64,000 nucleotides of DNA from Gammaproteobacteria bacterium TMED78 (GCA_002171615.1 NHEF01000010.1:155017-219016); one strand, 5' to 3'. Numbered from the stretch's first letter, positions 19,638-29,954 are shown. Translations and numbers: made by a program. Notes: a model not told the origin generated them from the letters alone.

Positions 19638-20693
19638 CTAGATAAATCGTTTTTGAATTTCTTTTAGAGCTGAACTTCCAGGGCAAAGTCTTTTAAATTC
19701 TAATTCGCTAAGTGGAGTGTCCGAAGTAGCATTAATTGTATGCATATCTGGTTCGCTTTCATCTATATAAAGTAGACCGGTCACTATCTCACCATCTCTA
19801 TGCTTTGCTCTTACATAATCCAAAGCTTGGCCTCTATTTTCAAAATTATATCCCTTGTCAAGCTTTCTAAGCACTACTCTACTACCATCATGCATTTCGA
19901 TTGGCATAGCTTCACCTTGATCATATGCAGTCTTAATTTCTTTGGCTGGAGGAATATAGTCAAGATGAACAGCAGGATGAAAGAATTCTCTAGTATGAGC
20001 ATAGCTTTTAGTAGAATCCTCGTGGTCATTAAAAGTTACACAAGGGGACAGTATGTCAATTAATCCGAATCCGTTATGCTTAATTGCAGCTTTTAATAAA
20101 GGAACAAGCTGTTTCTTATCTCCTGAAAACCCTCTAGCTACAAAAGTTGCACCTTGAGATAAAGCCATTTGTACTGGATCAATTGGAGGCTGTTCATTTA
20201 GCTCTCCTTTTTTTAATTTAGATCCTATATCTGCAGATGCAGAGAACTGCCCTTTAGTTAAGCCATAAACACCATTATTTTCAATTAAATAAGTCATATT
20301 AATATTTCTTCTCATGGCATGAGCAAATTGTCCAAGCCCTATAGAAAGTGAATCTCCATCACCAGAAACACCTATAACATTAATCTGCCTATTAGCTGCA
20401 CTTGTTCCTGTAGCAACAGAAGGCATTCTTCCATGAACAGAGTTAAAGCCATGAGACTGACCAAGAAAATAGGCAGGAGTTTTAGATGAACATCCAATAC
20501 CACTTAGCTTTGCCACTCTATGAGGTGGAATATCAAGCTCAAAAAAGGCCTGACATATTGCTGCTGTTATCGAGTCGTGTCCGCATCCAGCACATAATGT
20601 AGACATCCCTCCTTCATAATCTTGAATAGTTAAACCCAATTTATTTTTACGGAGACCTCCATGATCAATTTTTGGCTTAGAAATATAACTCAT
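19638..20693 (-). CDS. korB: 2-oxoacid:ferredoxin oxidoreductase beta subunit (TPP-binding, KorB-type)
   Basis: CAGCGHDSI, GIGCSS and VIGVSGDGDSLSIG (TPP GDG motif). The start overlaps the korA stop (20690-20693). Confidence 0.9.
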   Translation of the reverse strand: MSYISKPKIDHGGLRKNKLGLTIQDYEGGMSTLCAGCGHDSITAAICQAFFELDIPPHRVAKLSGIGCSSKTPAYFLGQSHGFNSVHGRMPSVATGTSAANRQINVIGVSGDGDSLSIGLGQFAHAMRRNINMTYLIENNGVYGLTKGQFSASADIGSKLKKGELNEQPPIDPVQMALSQGATFVARGFSGDKKQLVPLLKAAIKHNGFGLIDILSPCVTFNDHEDSTKSYAHTREFFHPAVHLDYIPPAKEIKTAYDQGEAMPIEMHDGSRVVLRKLDKGYNFENRGQALDYVRAKHRDGEIVTGLLYIDESEPDMHTINATSDTPLSELEFKRLCPGSSALKEIQKRFI

Positions 20694-22510
20694 GCTGCTT
20701 GGCCTTTATCAATAATTTTTTCTATTTCATTAACTATAGAACCACTACTAATAGGTAAACCGCTATAATTAAGAACTGAATGCATACACTTTTTAGGATA
20801 ATCTGTCTCTATAACTAACAAGCTTTTTAATTGCGCATCTCTATTTTGCTCAACAATAAATAAACTTTCATATTCATGAATAAAACTTACTACTTCTTTA
20901 CTAAAAGGAAATGCCTTTAATCTCAAATAGTCAAAATGAATACCTTTTTCTGAAAGCTCATCCATAGCCTCTAAGACTGCATAATCACAACTACCCAAAG
21001 AAATTATAGCTGATTTTGTTTTTTTCTTGCACTTTGTTATTTCTGGCTTAGGGACCTTATTAGAGGCAGTTTCGAATTTTTTAACTAACCTATCTAGAAC
21101 TTCCTGATACTCAGCAGAATCCTCCGTATAGCCTCCAAATTTATTATGCCCTGAGCCTCTTACAAAATATGCGCCTTTTGGATGAATGCCGGGATAAGTT
21201 CTATAAGTTACTCCATCGCCATCACTATCTAAATATCTATAAAATTTCTCTATTTTCTCAAGTTGACTTGCATTTAATACCTTCCCCTTATTAGGGGTAT
21301 ATTTATCATCCCAAGTTAACTCCTCACTCATCCAATCATTCATTCCTATATCTAAGTCTGTCAAAACGAAAACTGGAGTCTGGAAAAGGTCTGCTAGATC
21401 AAAAGCTTCTTTAGCCATCTCAAAGCACTCCTTTGGATTAGAGGGGAAAAGTATAATATGCTTAGTATCACCATGAGAGGCATATGCCGCTGATAAAATA
21501 TCACATTGTTGAGTTCTTGTAGGCATTCCTGTTGATGGACCGACTCTCTGAACATCAAATAGAACTGCTGGTAATTCAGCATAGTATGCCAAACCTAGAA
21601 ATTCACTCATTAGAGATATTCCTGGTCCACTTGTTGAAGTGAAGGATCTTGCACCATTCCAGTTTGCTCCTAGAACCATTCCAATAGCAGCTAACTCATC
21701 CTCTGCCTGAATCATTATGTAGTCTCTTTCACCAGTTTCATTATTCCTACGAAGCTTTTCAGAGAAAAACTTAAACGCGTCCATGAGACTTGTTGATGGC
21801 GTTATTGGATACCATGCACCAACAGTGGCGCCTGCATAAACACAACCAAGTCCAGCAGCTGTATTACCATCAATCATTATATGTCCCTTCGTTTTATTCA
21901 TTTTCTTAGTTCTAGTTTCAAGAGGGCATGAAAAATTTTCTCTAGCAAAATCATAACCAAGCTTTATAGCTTCCATATTAGAATCAATTAGATTAGCTTT
22001 TGACGCGAATGTCTCAGTTAATAAGGATTTAATTATCTCAAGATCTATTTCAAGAAGAGCAGCTAATGCCCCTACATAAGAAATATTCTTCATCAATATC
22101 CTAGCTCGGGCGTTAGAAAAGTGCTCATTACACATCCTGGCCAAGGGCACTCCAAGAATCTGTATATCTGATCTATGGTCAAAAGTATCTCTAGGCCAAC
22201 TTGAGTCGTAAATTAAAACTCCACCAGGCGATACTTCATCAAGGTCTTTCTGATATGTTTCGGCATTCATAGCAACCATAATATCAACCTCACCTGATCT
22301 AGCTAAGTACGAATCCTTAGTAACTCTTATTTCATACCAAGTAGGTAAGCCTTGAATATTACTAGGAAAGAAATTTTTTCCAGTAACAGGAATTCCCATC
22401 CTAAAAATAGACTTCATAAGCAATGTATTAGCGCTAGCAGAACCAGTGCCATTAACATTAGCAATCCTAATTACAAAGTCATTTACCCTGCTTTTCTTTT
22501 TGACTGACAA
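20690..22510 (-). CDS. korA: 2-oxoacid:ferredoxin oxidoreductase alpha subunit (fused gamma+alpha, KorA-type)
   Basis: The IANVNGTGSASAN N-terminal gamma-like domain followed by the GNTAAGLG..YPITPST alpha domain; 606 aa. Confidence 0.9.
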   Translation of the reverse strand: MSVKKKSRVNDFVIRIANVNGTGSASANTLLMKSIFRMGIPVTGKNFFPSNIQGLPTWYEIRVTKDSYLARSGEVDIMVAMNAETYQKDLDEVSPGGVLIYDSSWPRDTFDHRSDIQILGVPLARMCNEHFSNARARILMKNISYVGALAALLEIDLEIIKSLLTETFASKANLIDSNMEAIKLGYDFARENFSCPLETRTKKMNKTKGHIMIDGNTAAGLGCVYAGATVGAWYPITPSTSLMDAFKFFSEKLRRNNETGERDYIMIQAEDELAAIGMVLGANWNGARSFTSTSGPGISLMSEFLGLAYYAELPAVLFDVQRVGPSTGMPTRTQQCDILSAAYASHGDTKHIILFPSNPKECFEMAKEAFDLADLFQTPVFVLTDLDIGMNDWMSEELTWDDKYTPNKGKVLNASQLEKIEKFYRYLDSDGDGVTYRTYPGIHPKGAYFVRGSGHNKFGGYTEDSAEYQEVLDRLVKKFETASNKVPKPEITKCKKKTKSAIISLGSCDYAVLEAMDELSEKGIHFDYLRLKAFPFSKEVVSFIHEYESLFIVEQNRDAQLKSLLVIETDYPKKCMHSVLNYSGLPISSGSIVNEIEKIIDKGQAA

Positions 22511-24327
22511 TTTGCTTTTCCATTATTCATTTCATCAATAGCATAAGGTACATCTAAATTTGATTTTTGCATATCCCATGCAGCTGTTGGGCATCTTTCA
22601 GCACACAAGCCACAATGAACACAAAGATTTTCATCTTTAATCATTGCTCTACCAGTCTGCTTCAACGGCTCAGAGACAAACAAAAGCTGATCTTGATCAA
22701 GCCTGGGTGTAGTAAGATTTTTCTCAATAGCTTCTTGACCTTCATTTGGAGTAATGGTTAAGCAATCAACTGGACAAATATCAATACAAGCATCACATTC
22801 AATGCACAAATCTGGAAAAAAAACCGTCTGTAAATCACAATTTAAGCATCTCTCAACCTCTGTCACAACCTGATCAACAGTAAAACCAAGCTCAACCTCA
22901 ATGTCCAAATTGCTAAACCTCTCTTTAAGATCAACACTAGGCATTAGCCTACGAGATGAGGCATCAAAATCATTACTATAACTCCACTCATGTATACCCA
23001 TTTTTGCACTACTAAGATTAACGCCTCTTGGCAAACGCTCATCTAAAGGTTCATCATGGCAATATTTATGAATTGAAATAGCAGCTTGATGTCCATGCTC
23101 TACAGCCCAAATAATATTCTTAGGGCCAAATGCTGAGTCGCCTCCAAAAAAAACACCTGGTAGAGTCGATTGAAAAGTATTTTCATCAACAATAGGAACA
23201 TCCCATTGATCAAAATCTAAACCTAGGTCCCTCTCTATCCATGGGAAAGCATTATCTTGACCAATCGCTAATACCACATCATCGCAAGGGAAAAATTCCT
23301 CTCCTACTACCTCAGTGTTGGTAATTTTACCTTTTTCATCGGTCTCATATTGCATCTTCTCAAAAATCATTCCCTTAAGTACTCCATTCTTAATGACAAA
23401 CTCCTTTGGAGAATGATTAACAACTATTTCTACTTTTTCTTCCTCTGCATCTTCAAGTTCCCAATCAGAAGCCTTAAAAAAATCCCTAGGCTTTCTAGCC
23501 ATGACTTTCACATCGCTAGCACCTAACCGCAAGGAAGTTCTACAACAATCCATTGCCGTATTGCCAACACCGATAATCAAAACTTTCTTGCCTATTTTAT
23601 CAATATGGTCAAAAGCGACTGACTCAAGCCATTCAATACCAATATGTATATTATCACTGTCATATCTTCCTGGAATTTTTAAATCTTTTCCTTTTGGAGC
23701 GCCTGTTCCAACAAAAATAGCATCGTATCCTTCCTTCATAAGCTCTTTAAAACTATCGATTCGGGTGCCTAACCTCAGATCTACACCCATATCGATAATA
23801 TAATTCATTTCCTCATCTAGTACTTTTTCAGGTAGCCTGAATGACGGGATATTCGTTCTCATCAGCCCTCCTGGTTTTTCTAAGCCTTCAAATATAGTAC
23901 AGTCATAACCTAAAGGCATTAGATCATTTGCTACACTTAAGGAGGCGCAACCAGCGCCTATAAGAGCAATTCTTTTCCCGTTCTTTTTTTCTGGCGCCTT
24001 TGGCAACCTTGAAGTTATATCATCTCTATTATCTGATGCCACTCGTTTTAAACGACAAATAGCAACTGGTTTTTCTTCAACCCTTCCTCGTCTACATGCA
24101 GGCTCACATGGTCGATCGCAAACTCTTCCCAAAATACCTGGAAAAATATTTGATGCCCTATTAAGCATGTAAGCATCTGAGAACTCACCCTGAGCAATTA
24201 ATCTTATATATTCTGGGACATCAGTATGGGCAGGACAGCCCCACTGACAATCAACTACTTGGTGAAAGTATTCGTTCTCAGAAACTTTTGTAGGTTTCAT
24301 TGGTTTAAGACTCAAAACTAATTCCAA
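22483..24327 (-). CDS. GltD/NfnB-like NAD(P)H-dependent flavoprotein fused to a C-terminal 2x[4Fe-4S] ferredoxin domain
   Basis: N-terminal Cys cluster (CPAHTDVPEYI.., CDRPCEPACRRG). Two dinucleotide folds (IALIGAGCASLS, VLIIGVGNTAMD). C-terminal CIECDACIDICP and CVHCGLCAERCP. The 3' end overlaps the korA start by 28 nt. Confidence 0.85.
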   Translation of the reverse strand: MELVLSLKPMKPTKVSENEYFHQVVDCQWGCPAHTDVPEYIRLIAQGEFSDAYMLNRASNIFPGILGRVCDRPCEPACRRGRVEEKPVAICRLKRVASDNRDDITSRLPKAPEKKNGKRIALIGAGCASLSVANDLMPLGYDCTIFEGLEKPGGLMRTNIPSFRLPEKVLDEEMNYIIDMGVDLRLGTRIDSFKELMKEGYDAIFVGTGAPKGKDLKIPGRYDSDNIHIGIEWLESVAFDHIDKIGKKVLIIGVGNTAMDCCRTSLRLGASDVKVMARKPRDFFKASDWELEDAEEEKVEIVVNHSPKEFVIKNGVLKGMIFEKMQYETDEKGKITNTEVVGEEFFPCDDVVLAIGQDNAFPWIERDLGLDFDQWDVPIVDENTFQSTLPGVFFGGDSAFGPKNIIWAVEHGHQAAISIHKYCHDEPLDERLPRGVNLSSAKMGIHEWSYSNDFDASSRRLMPSVDLKERFSNLDIEVELGFTVDQVVTEVERCLNCDLQTVFFPDLCIECDACIDICPVDCLTITPNEGQEAIEKNLTTPRLDQDQLLFVSEPLKQTGRAMIKDENLCVHCGLCAERCPTAAWDMQKSNLDVPYAIDEMNNGKANCQSKRKAG

Positions 24328-24514
24328 ACATAAAAAATTAAAAAGTTTCTATAAAGGCTCCATTGATGGCGGTAATTATAAACTAGAGAGCCTCCTCTAC
24401 AACAATTATCGATAACAAAAAAATCTTTAGAAATATGACTAATTAAGTACTTTGTTAATTTTTTTACGTATTAATTTAACAATTTTAACCTTTTTTTATG
24501 TAAAATTGAGATAA

Positions 24515-25888
24515 ATGCTTAAGTTAAAGCCAAAATTTGTAAGTAGTTCTCTCGCAATAAAATTAATAAATTTTATCTTTATATTTACTTTTTACTTTAA
24601 TTTTTCATACTCACAAGATAATCAAGATAATCAATCGCTGATAGATTCAGAGCCGACTGCGCTAAATCAAAAAGCAATTGAAAGCTTGGCTAATTTAGCA
24701 CTATATAAAGCAGCATTAATTGAAGCAGAATTAGAACTAGTCAATCTAGTAGATAATGAGCAATTCTTGGATGCCGTTCCATTAGCTGAAAGAATTGTTT
24801 TTATCACAGAAGAAGAATTTGGAGCAAGCCAAGAGCTAGCTCAGGCTCTCAATACACTTGGTAATATAGAAAATAATGCTGGGTTATATGATGATTCTTC
24901 TGAACACTTTCTTCAATCAATAGATATCTTTAGGGATATAGAAGGTTTTTATTCTGAATCAGCCATTATTCCTCTTGTAGGCTTAGGAATTGCAAATCAA
25001 GAAAAAGGAAATTTTTATGATGCTATAAGCATCTTTAATGAAGCAAGAACTTTGAGTAGAAGAGTTTATGGCTTACTCAATGAAGAACAAATACTGATAA
25101 TGAGATATATATCAAATGTCATGGTAGAAATGGAAAATTATGATGCAGCGGATGAAATTCAGCTAGAAGCTTTCAAGCTAATGGAGAGAGTACATGGGGT
25201 TGATACAATAGCAGTTCTACCAGGAATCTATCAACATGCAGACTGGCTGAGAAGGTCTTATAGATTTGATGAAGCAAGAATTTTATACTCTAGAGCTATA
25301 GCCATAATAGAAAAAAATGAAGGGCAGAATAATAAAGGCCTAATCAAGCCATTAGTAGAGATCTCTAATAGCTATAGAGACCAAAAATTTCAAGAAGGGA
25401 GAGGTATAGGCTCTCTAAAGAAGGCTCTTCAGATTGCTGAGAATCAAGATGTTAGAGACGAATTAATTTTAGCTGATATCTTGATTGCCATGGGGGATTG
25501 GTACACTGCTTTTAATAGAATTAAAAATACTAGAGATGAGTATACCCAGGCTTGGCAAATTTTAGGTAATCTAGAAAATGCAGAAGAATTGCGTAAAAGT
25601 AGATTCAATGATCCTATCTATGTTCTTAGAGAAAATCCTACCTCAAGAGGCTTGAGCGAACCATCTGATCCTGAATCGGAATCAGGAAATGTTTTAATTA
25701 TGTTTGATGTAGACAGATTTGGAAGAACCTTAAATTTAGAATTGATTGAGTCAAAACCAGAAGGCCTAAAAGATGCTTCAAGCTTAAGGGCTATAGCTAG
25801 ATCAAGATTCAGACCAAGAATTATAGACGGAGAAATAGTAATAACAGAGAAAGTCTTAAGAAATTTCTCCTTTTATTACAAGCCATGA
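24515..25888 (+). CDS. Secreted/anchored TPR-repeat protein with a TonB-C-terminal-like domain
   Basis: Hydrophobic N-terminus and TPR-like helical repeats. The C-terminus GNVLIMFDVDRFGRTLNLELIESKP...RFRPRIIDGE resembles the TonB_C fold signature. Confidence 0.45.
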   Translation: MLKLKPKFVSSSLAIKLINFIFIFTFYFNFSYSQDNQDNQSLIDSEPTALNQKAIESLANLALYKAALIEAELELVNLVDNEQFLDAVPLAERIVFITEEEFGASQELAQALNTLGNIENNAGLYDDSSEHFLQSIDIFRDIEGFYSESAIIPLVGLGIANQEKGNFYDAISIFNEARTLSRRVYGLLNEEQILIMRYISNVMVEMENYDAADEIQLEAFKLMERVHGVDTIAVLPGIYQHADWLRRSYRFDEARILYSRAIAIIEKNEGQNNKGLIKPLVEISNSYRDQKFQEGRGIGSLKKALQIAENQDVRDELILADILIAMGDWYTAFNRIKNTRDEYTQAWQILGNLENAEELRKSRFNDPIYVLRENPTSRGLSEPSDPESESGNVLIMFDVDRFGRTLNLELIESKPEGLKDASSLRAIARSRFRPRIIDGEIVITEKVLRNFSFYYKP

Positions 25889-25893
25889 GAATA

Positions 25894-25927
25894 AAATAGC
25901 GAGATCTTCATTAAAATCTCGCTATTT
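25894..25927. terminator. Bidirectional intrinsic-terminator hairpin between convergent genes
   Basis: Perfect 12-bp stem AAATAGCGAGAT / ATCTCGCTATTT with a 10-nt loop, flanked by T/A runs on both strands. Confidence 0.6.
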
Positions 25928-25941
25928 CTAATACTTAATAA

Positions 25942-27216
25942 CTATAAATTATAACCAGCTTCCTCATGGAGCACTACATCAAGGCCCTTAGATTCCTCAT
26001 CCTCACTAACTCTAAGTGGAATAATTGAATTAACAATCTTCAAAAGAATATAGCTTAATGCCCCACACCAGACTAGCGTGACAATACTTCCAAAAACTTG
26101 AATGCTAAATTGACTAAATATACCGCCCTCATCAAGTCCTACACCTCCATATTGGGCAGAAGAAAAAATTGCTGTAAGCAAAAGACCGATCAATGCTCCA
26201 ATACCATGAACAGGAAAAACATCTAGTGAATCATCTATTTTTAGAGTTTGCTTAATGAATTGCGTAGCATAAAAACAGCCTGCGCCAGCTGATATACCAA
26301 TAACAATAGCTCCTAATGGACCTACATAGCCAGAAGCAGGTGTAATAGTAGCTAAACCAGCTACCATACCAGTAACTATTCCCAAAACACTTGGTTTACC
26401 GTACTTAAGCCATTCAATAAACATCCAAGTAAGTGAGGCTAATGATGCACTTATATGTGTCACTAGCATAGCCATACCTGCACCACCATTCGCTCCAACA
26501 GCGCTACCAGCATTAAAACCAAACCAACCTACCCAAAGCATACAAGCTCCTGTAACAGTCATGGTTAGATTATGAGGAGGGAGCGTATTACTTGGAAAAC
26601 CTGAGCGATTCCCCATAACAATTGCAGCTATCAAACCAGCGCTCCCAGCAGTAAGATGGACTACGGCGCCTCCTGCAAAATCTCTAAACCCTAAATCTCC
26701 TAGCCAGCCGCCGCCCCAAACCCAATGAGTAATTGGAGCATAGATAAGAATTAACCAAAGACTAGTAAAAAGTAGCATCGAAGAAAATCGCATTCTCTCA
26801 GCAAAAGCTCCAACCATTAATGCTGGAGTGATTATTGCAAAAGTCATTTGAAACATAACAAATACGGTTGTAGGTATTGTTCCGGACGTAGAATCGAAAG
26901 ATATACCATTTAAAAAGACCAAGGAAAGATCGCCAATATAGCCATTAACTGAATTTCCAAAAGCTAGACTATAGCCACAAATAACCCAGAGAATTGACAT
27001 TAAACAGGCAATCGAAAAACACTGCATTAGAACTGAAAGTACATTTCTTCTTCCAACTAATCCAGCATAGAAAAGTGATAACCCAGGAAGAGTCATAAAC
27101 AAGACAAGTGCTGTTGAAATTAACATCCAAGATGTATCGCCAGTGTCTAGATCCTGAGCTGAGCCAAGAATAGGAAAAAGTCCCAGTATAATTGGAACAA
27201 AAAGTATCTTTTTCAT
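25942..27216 (-). CDS. amtB: Ammonium transporter
   Basis: Signal peptide plus 11 TM segments; DFAGGAVVHLTAG and VHGIGALIG motifs; immediately downstream of glnK. Confidence 0.95.
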   Translation of the reverse strand: MKKILFVPIILGLFPILGSAQDLDTGDTSWMLISTALVLFMTLPGLSLFYAGLVGRRNVLSVLMQCFSIACLMSILWVICGYSLAFGNSVNGYIGDLSLVFLNGISFDSTSGTIPTTVFVMFQMTFAIITPALMVGAFAERMRFSSMLLFTSLWLILIYAPITHWVWGGGWLGDLGFRDFAGGAVVHLTAGSAGLIAAIVMGNRSGFPSNTLPPHNLTMTVTGACMLWVGWFGFNAGSAVGANGGAGMAMLVTHISASLASLTWMFIEWLKYGKPSVLGIVTGMVAGLATITPASGYVGPLGAIVIGISAGAGCFYATQFIKQTLKIDDSLDVFPVHGIGALIGLLLTAIFSSAQYGGVGLDEGGIFSQFSIQVFGSIVTLVWCGALSYILLKIVNSIIPLRVSEDEESKGLDVVLHEEAGYNL

Positions 27217-27256
27217 TGTTACCCCTAATTATTATTATAGTATTAATTACTATACA

Positions 27257-27272
27257 TGCAGGATCTGTGCCA
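27257..27272 (-). promoter_or_regulatory. Sigma-54 (-24/-12) promoter for amtB: TGGCACAGATCCTGCA
   Basis: Minus-strand read TGGCAC-N5-CTGCA, with GG and GC at the canonical spacing of TGGCACG-N4-TTGCW, about 40 nt upstream of the amtB ATG. Confidence 0.7.
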
Positions 27273-27341
27273 AAAAAAAATCTCTAAACTTCTATAGCCT
27301 TTAGAGGAGAAAAATAAATATGCACTATTTTGAATCAGCAA

Positions 27342-27358
27342 TGCACTAAAAAAGTGCA
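27342..27358. promoter_or_regulatory. NtrC-type enhancer site TGCACTAAAAAAGTGCA
   Basis: Perfect TGCAC-N7-GTGCA dyad, about 80 bp upstream of the sigma-54 promoter. A weaker half-site element at 27321-27337 lies 21 bp away. Confidence 0.6.
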
Positions 27359-27361
27359 AAA

Positions 27362-27847
<486 letters not shown>

Positions 27848-27896
27848 TTAAATTGTTTATTTATTGATCATAATTGTAAAAGATTAAATTTTTATT

Positions 27897-28859
27897 ATGT
27901 TGATAAATAGAAAAGAAAAAATTAGAAGCTCTGAGATAACTAAAGAATCTATATTTAGAGATAGAAGGAATTTAGTTAAAGCTGGTATTTCAATGGGCAT
28001 AATTCCTTCCATTATAACTAATATAATTTCAACTGGTCATGGTTTTCCTAACTCTGGTCAAATATCAAATATCTCAACTTGGCAAGAAAGTTCAGATGAA
28101 AAACTAACACCGTATGAGCATGTCACGAATTATAATAATTTCTATGAATTTGGAACCGGAAAAGATGATCCAGCTAAAAATGCTCATAGCCTCAAAACAA
28201 GGCCTTGGTCTATTACTATTGATGGCGAAGTAGAGAAAAAGGGTACATTTGATTTTGAAGATCTTGTTGATCTAAACGCTCTTGAGGAACGAATATATAG
28301 ATTTAGATGTGTTGAGGCTTGGTCTATGGTTATCCCATGGGTAGGATTTCCTCTAAAAAAGTTAATTGATTATTTAAATCCAAACTCAAATGCAAAATAT
28401 GTTCAATTTTTTACTTTAAATGATCCCAATCAAATGCCTGGAGTAAGATATAGATCGCTTCAATGGCCCTATAGAGAAGGATTAACAATTGAGGAGGCTA
28501 TTAATCCTCTTTCTTTTATTGCAGTAGGAGTTTATGGTGAGGTACTTCCAAATCAGAATGGAGCGCCAATTAGATTAGTTGTGCCATGGAAATATGGTTT
28601 CAAAAGTATCAAATCTATAGTCCGTATTAACTTTACAAGAGAAATGCCTCAGACTACTTGGAAAACAGCAAATTATAGAGAATATGGATTTTACTCAAAC
28701 GTTAATCCTGAGGTTTCTCACCCTCGTTGGAGTCAGGCCTATGAGAGAAAAATTGGTGAAGGGCTCTTCTCTGCAAAGGTTCCTACGCAACTATTTAATG
28801 GCTATCAAGAAGAAGTTTCATATCTTTATAAAAATTTAGATTTAAAATTGAATTATTGA
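27897..28859 (+). CDS. msrP: Periplasmic protein-methionine-sulfoxide reductase, molybdopterin subunit
   Basis: N-terminus ..ITKESIFRDRRNLVKAG.. parallels E. coli YedY/MsrP; YRFRCVEAWSMVIPWVGF core. Confidence 0.9.
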   Translation: MLINRKEKIRSSEITKESIFRDRRNLVKAGISMGIIPSIITNIISTGHGFPNSGQISNISTWQESSDEKLTPYEHVTNYNNFYEFGTGKDDPAKNAHSLKTRPWSITIDGEVEKKGTFDFEDLVDLNALEERIYRFRCVEAWSMVIPWVGFPLKKLIDYLNPNSNAKYVQFFTLNDPNQMPGVRYRSLQWPYREGLTIEEAINPLSFIAVGVYGEVLPNQNGAPIRLVVPWKYGFKSIKSIVRINFTREMPQTTWKTANYREYGFYSNVNPEVSHPRWSQAYERKIGEGLFSAKVPTQLFNGYQEEVSYLYKNLDLKLNY

Positions 28860-28879
28860 AATTCAAGCATAACTATTAA

Positions 28880-29482
28880 ATGAACAATGCTAAAATAATA
28901 ACAACAAAGTATGTTGTATTAACTCTTTGCTATCTCCCTTTCTTAATCTCTATCTTCAAAACTTTCGGTTTTGCTGGTGGCTTAGGAGCAAATCCTATAG
29001 AGACGCTATTACATAGCTTTGGGAAAAATGGTTTAAATCTAATTTTAATCACTCTAGCAATTACTCCTATAAGAAGATTAACTAAGTTAAATTTTTTGAT
29101 TAGATTAAGAAGAATATTAGGATTAGCTGCTTTTTTTTATATTCTAATGCACGCAACTGTTTATGTAATTTTAGATAGAGAGCTAATTTGGCAATCCATT
29201 ATAGAGGATGTATCTACTCGCCCTTACATCACCTTGGGATTTATAGCTTTATTACTACTAATACCCCTAGCAATTACCTCTACCAATAATATGCAAAGGC
29301 TATTAAAAAAGAAATGGGCTAAGTTACATCAACTAATTTACTTAATAGCTATTTTGGGTGTAATCCACTACTTCTGGCAAGTTAGAATTACAACTATAGA
29401 GCCTATAATTTACTCATTAATTCTATTAATACTTCTGACTTATAGAATTAACTTTTATTGGAAAAGAAGAGGGAGATTATAA
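28880..29482 (+). CDS. msrQ: Heme-b membrane subunit of the MsrPQ system
   Basis: Six-TM ferric-reductase-like protein with conserved His residues (ILMHATVY, GVIHYFW), directly after msrP. Confidence 0.88.
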   Translation: MNNAKIITTKYVVLTLCYLPFLISIFKTFGFAGGLGANPIETLLHSFGKNGLNLILITLAITPIRRLTKLNFLIRLRRILGLAAFFYILMHATVYVILDRELIWQSIIEDVSTRPYITLGFIALLLLIPLAITSTNNMQRLLKKKWAKLHQLIYLIAILGVIHYFWQVRITTIEPIIYSLILLILLTYRINFYWKRRGRL

Positions 29483-29483
29483 A

Positions 29484-29882
29484 TTAACTAGACTTTGATA
29501 AAAATTTTGGAACACTTTTTATTTCCTTTTTTACTTTTTTTACCTTTAAAGGGCCAAGTGGTTCTTTTTTCTCTAATTGATAGGAGGCAATCAAGCGGTA
29601 AATTGAAAATATTTCTTTACTATAGACACTTGCTTCCAGTGCTGACATTTTTCGAATTGTCGCTAAAACCTGATCATTACTAGAAATAGATTTTTTCTTA
29701 TGCATGATACTATGAAGATGAATGAATTTTTCTTGCAAGTCCTTGGGAAAACTAGAAACATCCAAATCTGCAATATATTCAGAATAGGCATTATAGAGAC
29801 GATCTTTTATAGATTGATCGCCCAAAAGAACCTTTAAAGCTCTTTCAATACTAAGAATCACAAATTGATAATCTTTCTTCAT
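29484..29882 (-). CDS. Hypothetical protein (132 aa, helical, Lys-rich C-terminus)
   Basis: Intact ORF that fits the tight gene packing. I recognise no motif. Confidence 0.45.
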   Translation of the reverse strand: MKKDYQFVILSIERALKVLLGDQSIKDRLYNAYSEYIADLDVSSFPKDLQEKFIHLHSIMHKKKSISSNDQVLATIRKMSALEASVYSKEIFSIYRLIASYQLEKKEPLGPLKVKKVKKEIKSVPKFLSKSS

Positions 29883-29954
29883 ATTTAAATAAACTCTAAA
29901 TTAAACTTAGGAGAGTGTTGTATTAGTTATCTTATATAATTCTAAGTTATATTG

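Noticed and set aside
24406-24415. Perfect 10-bp palindrome TTATCGATAA in the OFOR/TPR divergent spacer as an operator
   Set aside because: It is short, AT-rich and occurs as a single copy. It is likely to arise by chance at this base composition, and I recognise no matching regulator motif.
24614-24631. Tandem 9-bp duplication CAAGATAAT x2 (encoding QDNQDN) near the 5' end of the TPR/TonB-like gene
   Set aside because: It has only two copies, is in frame, and lies in a low-complexity linker after the signal peptide. It is most likely trivial slippage.
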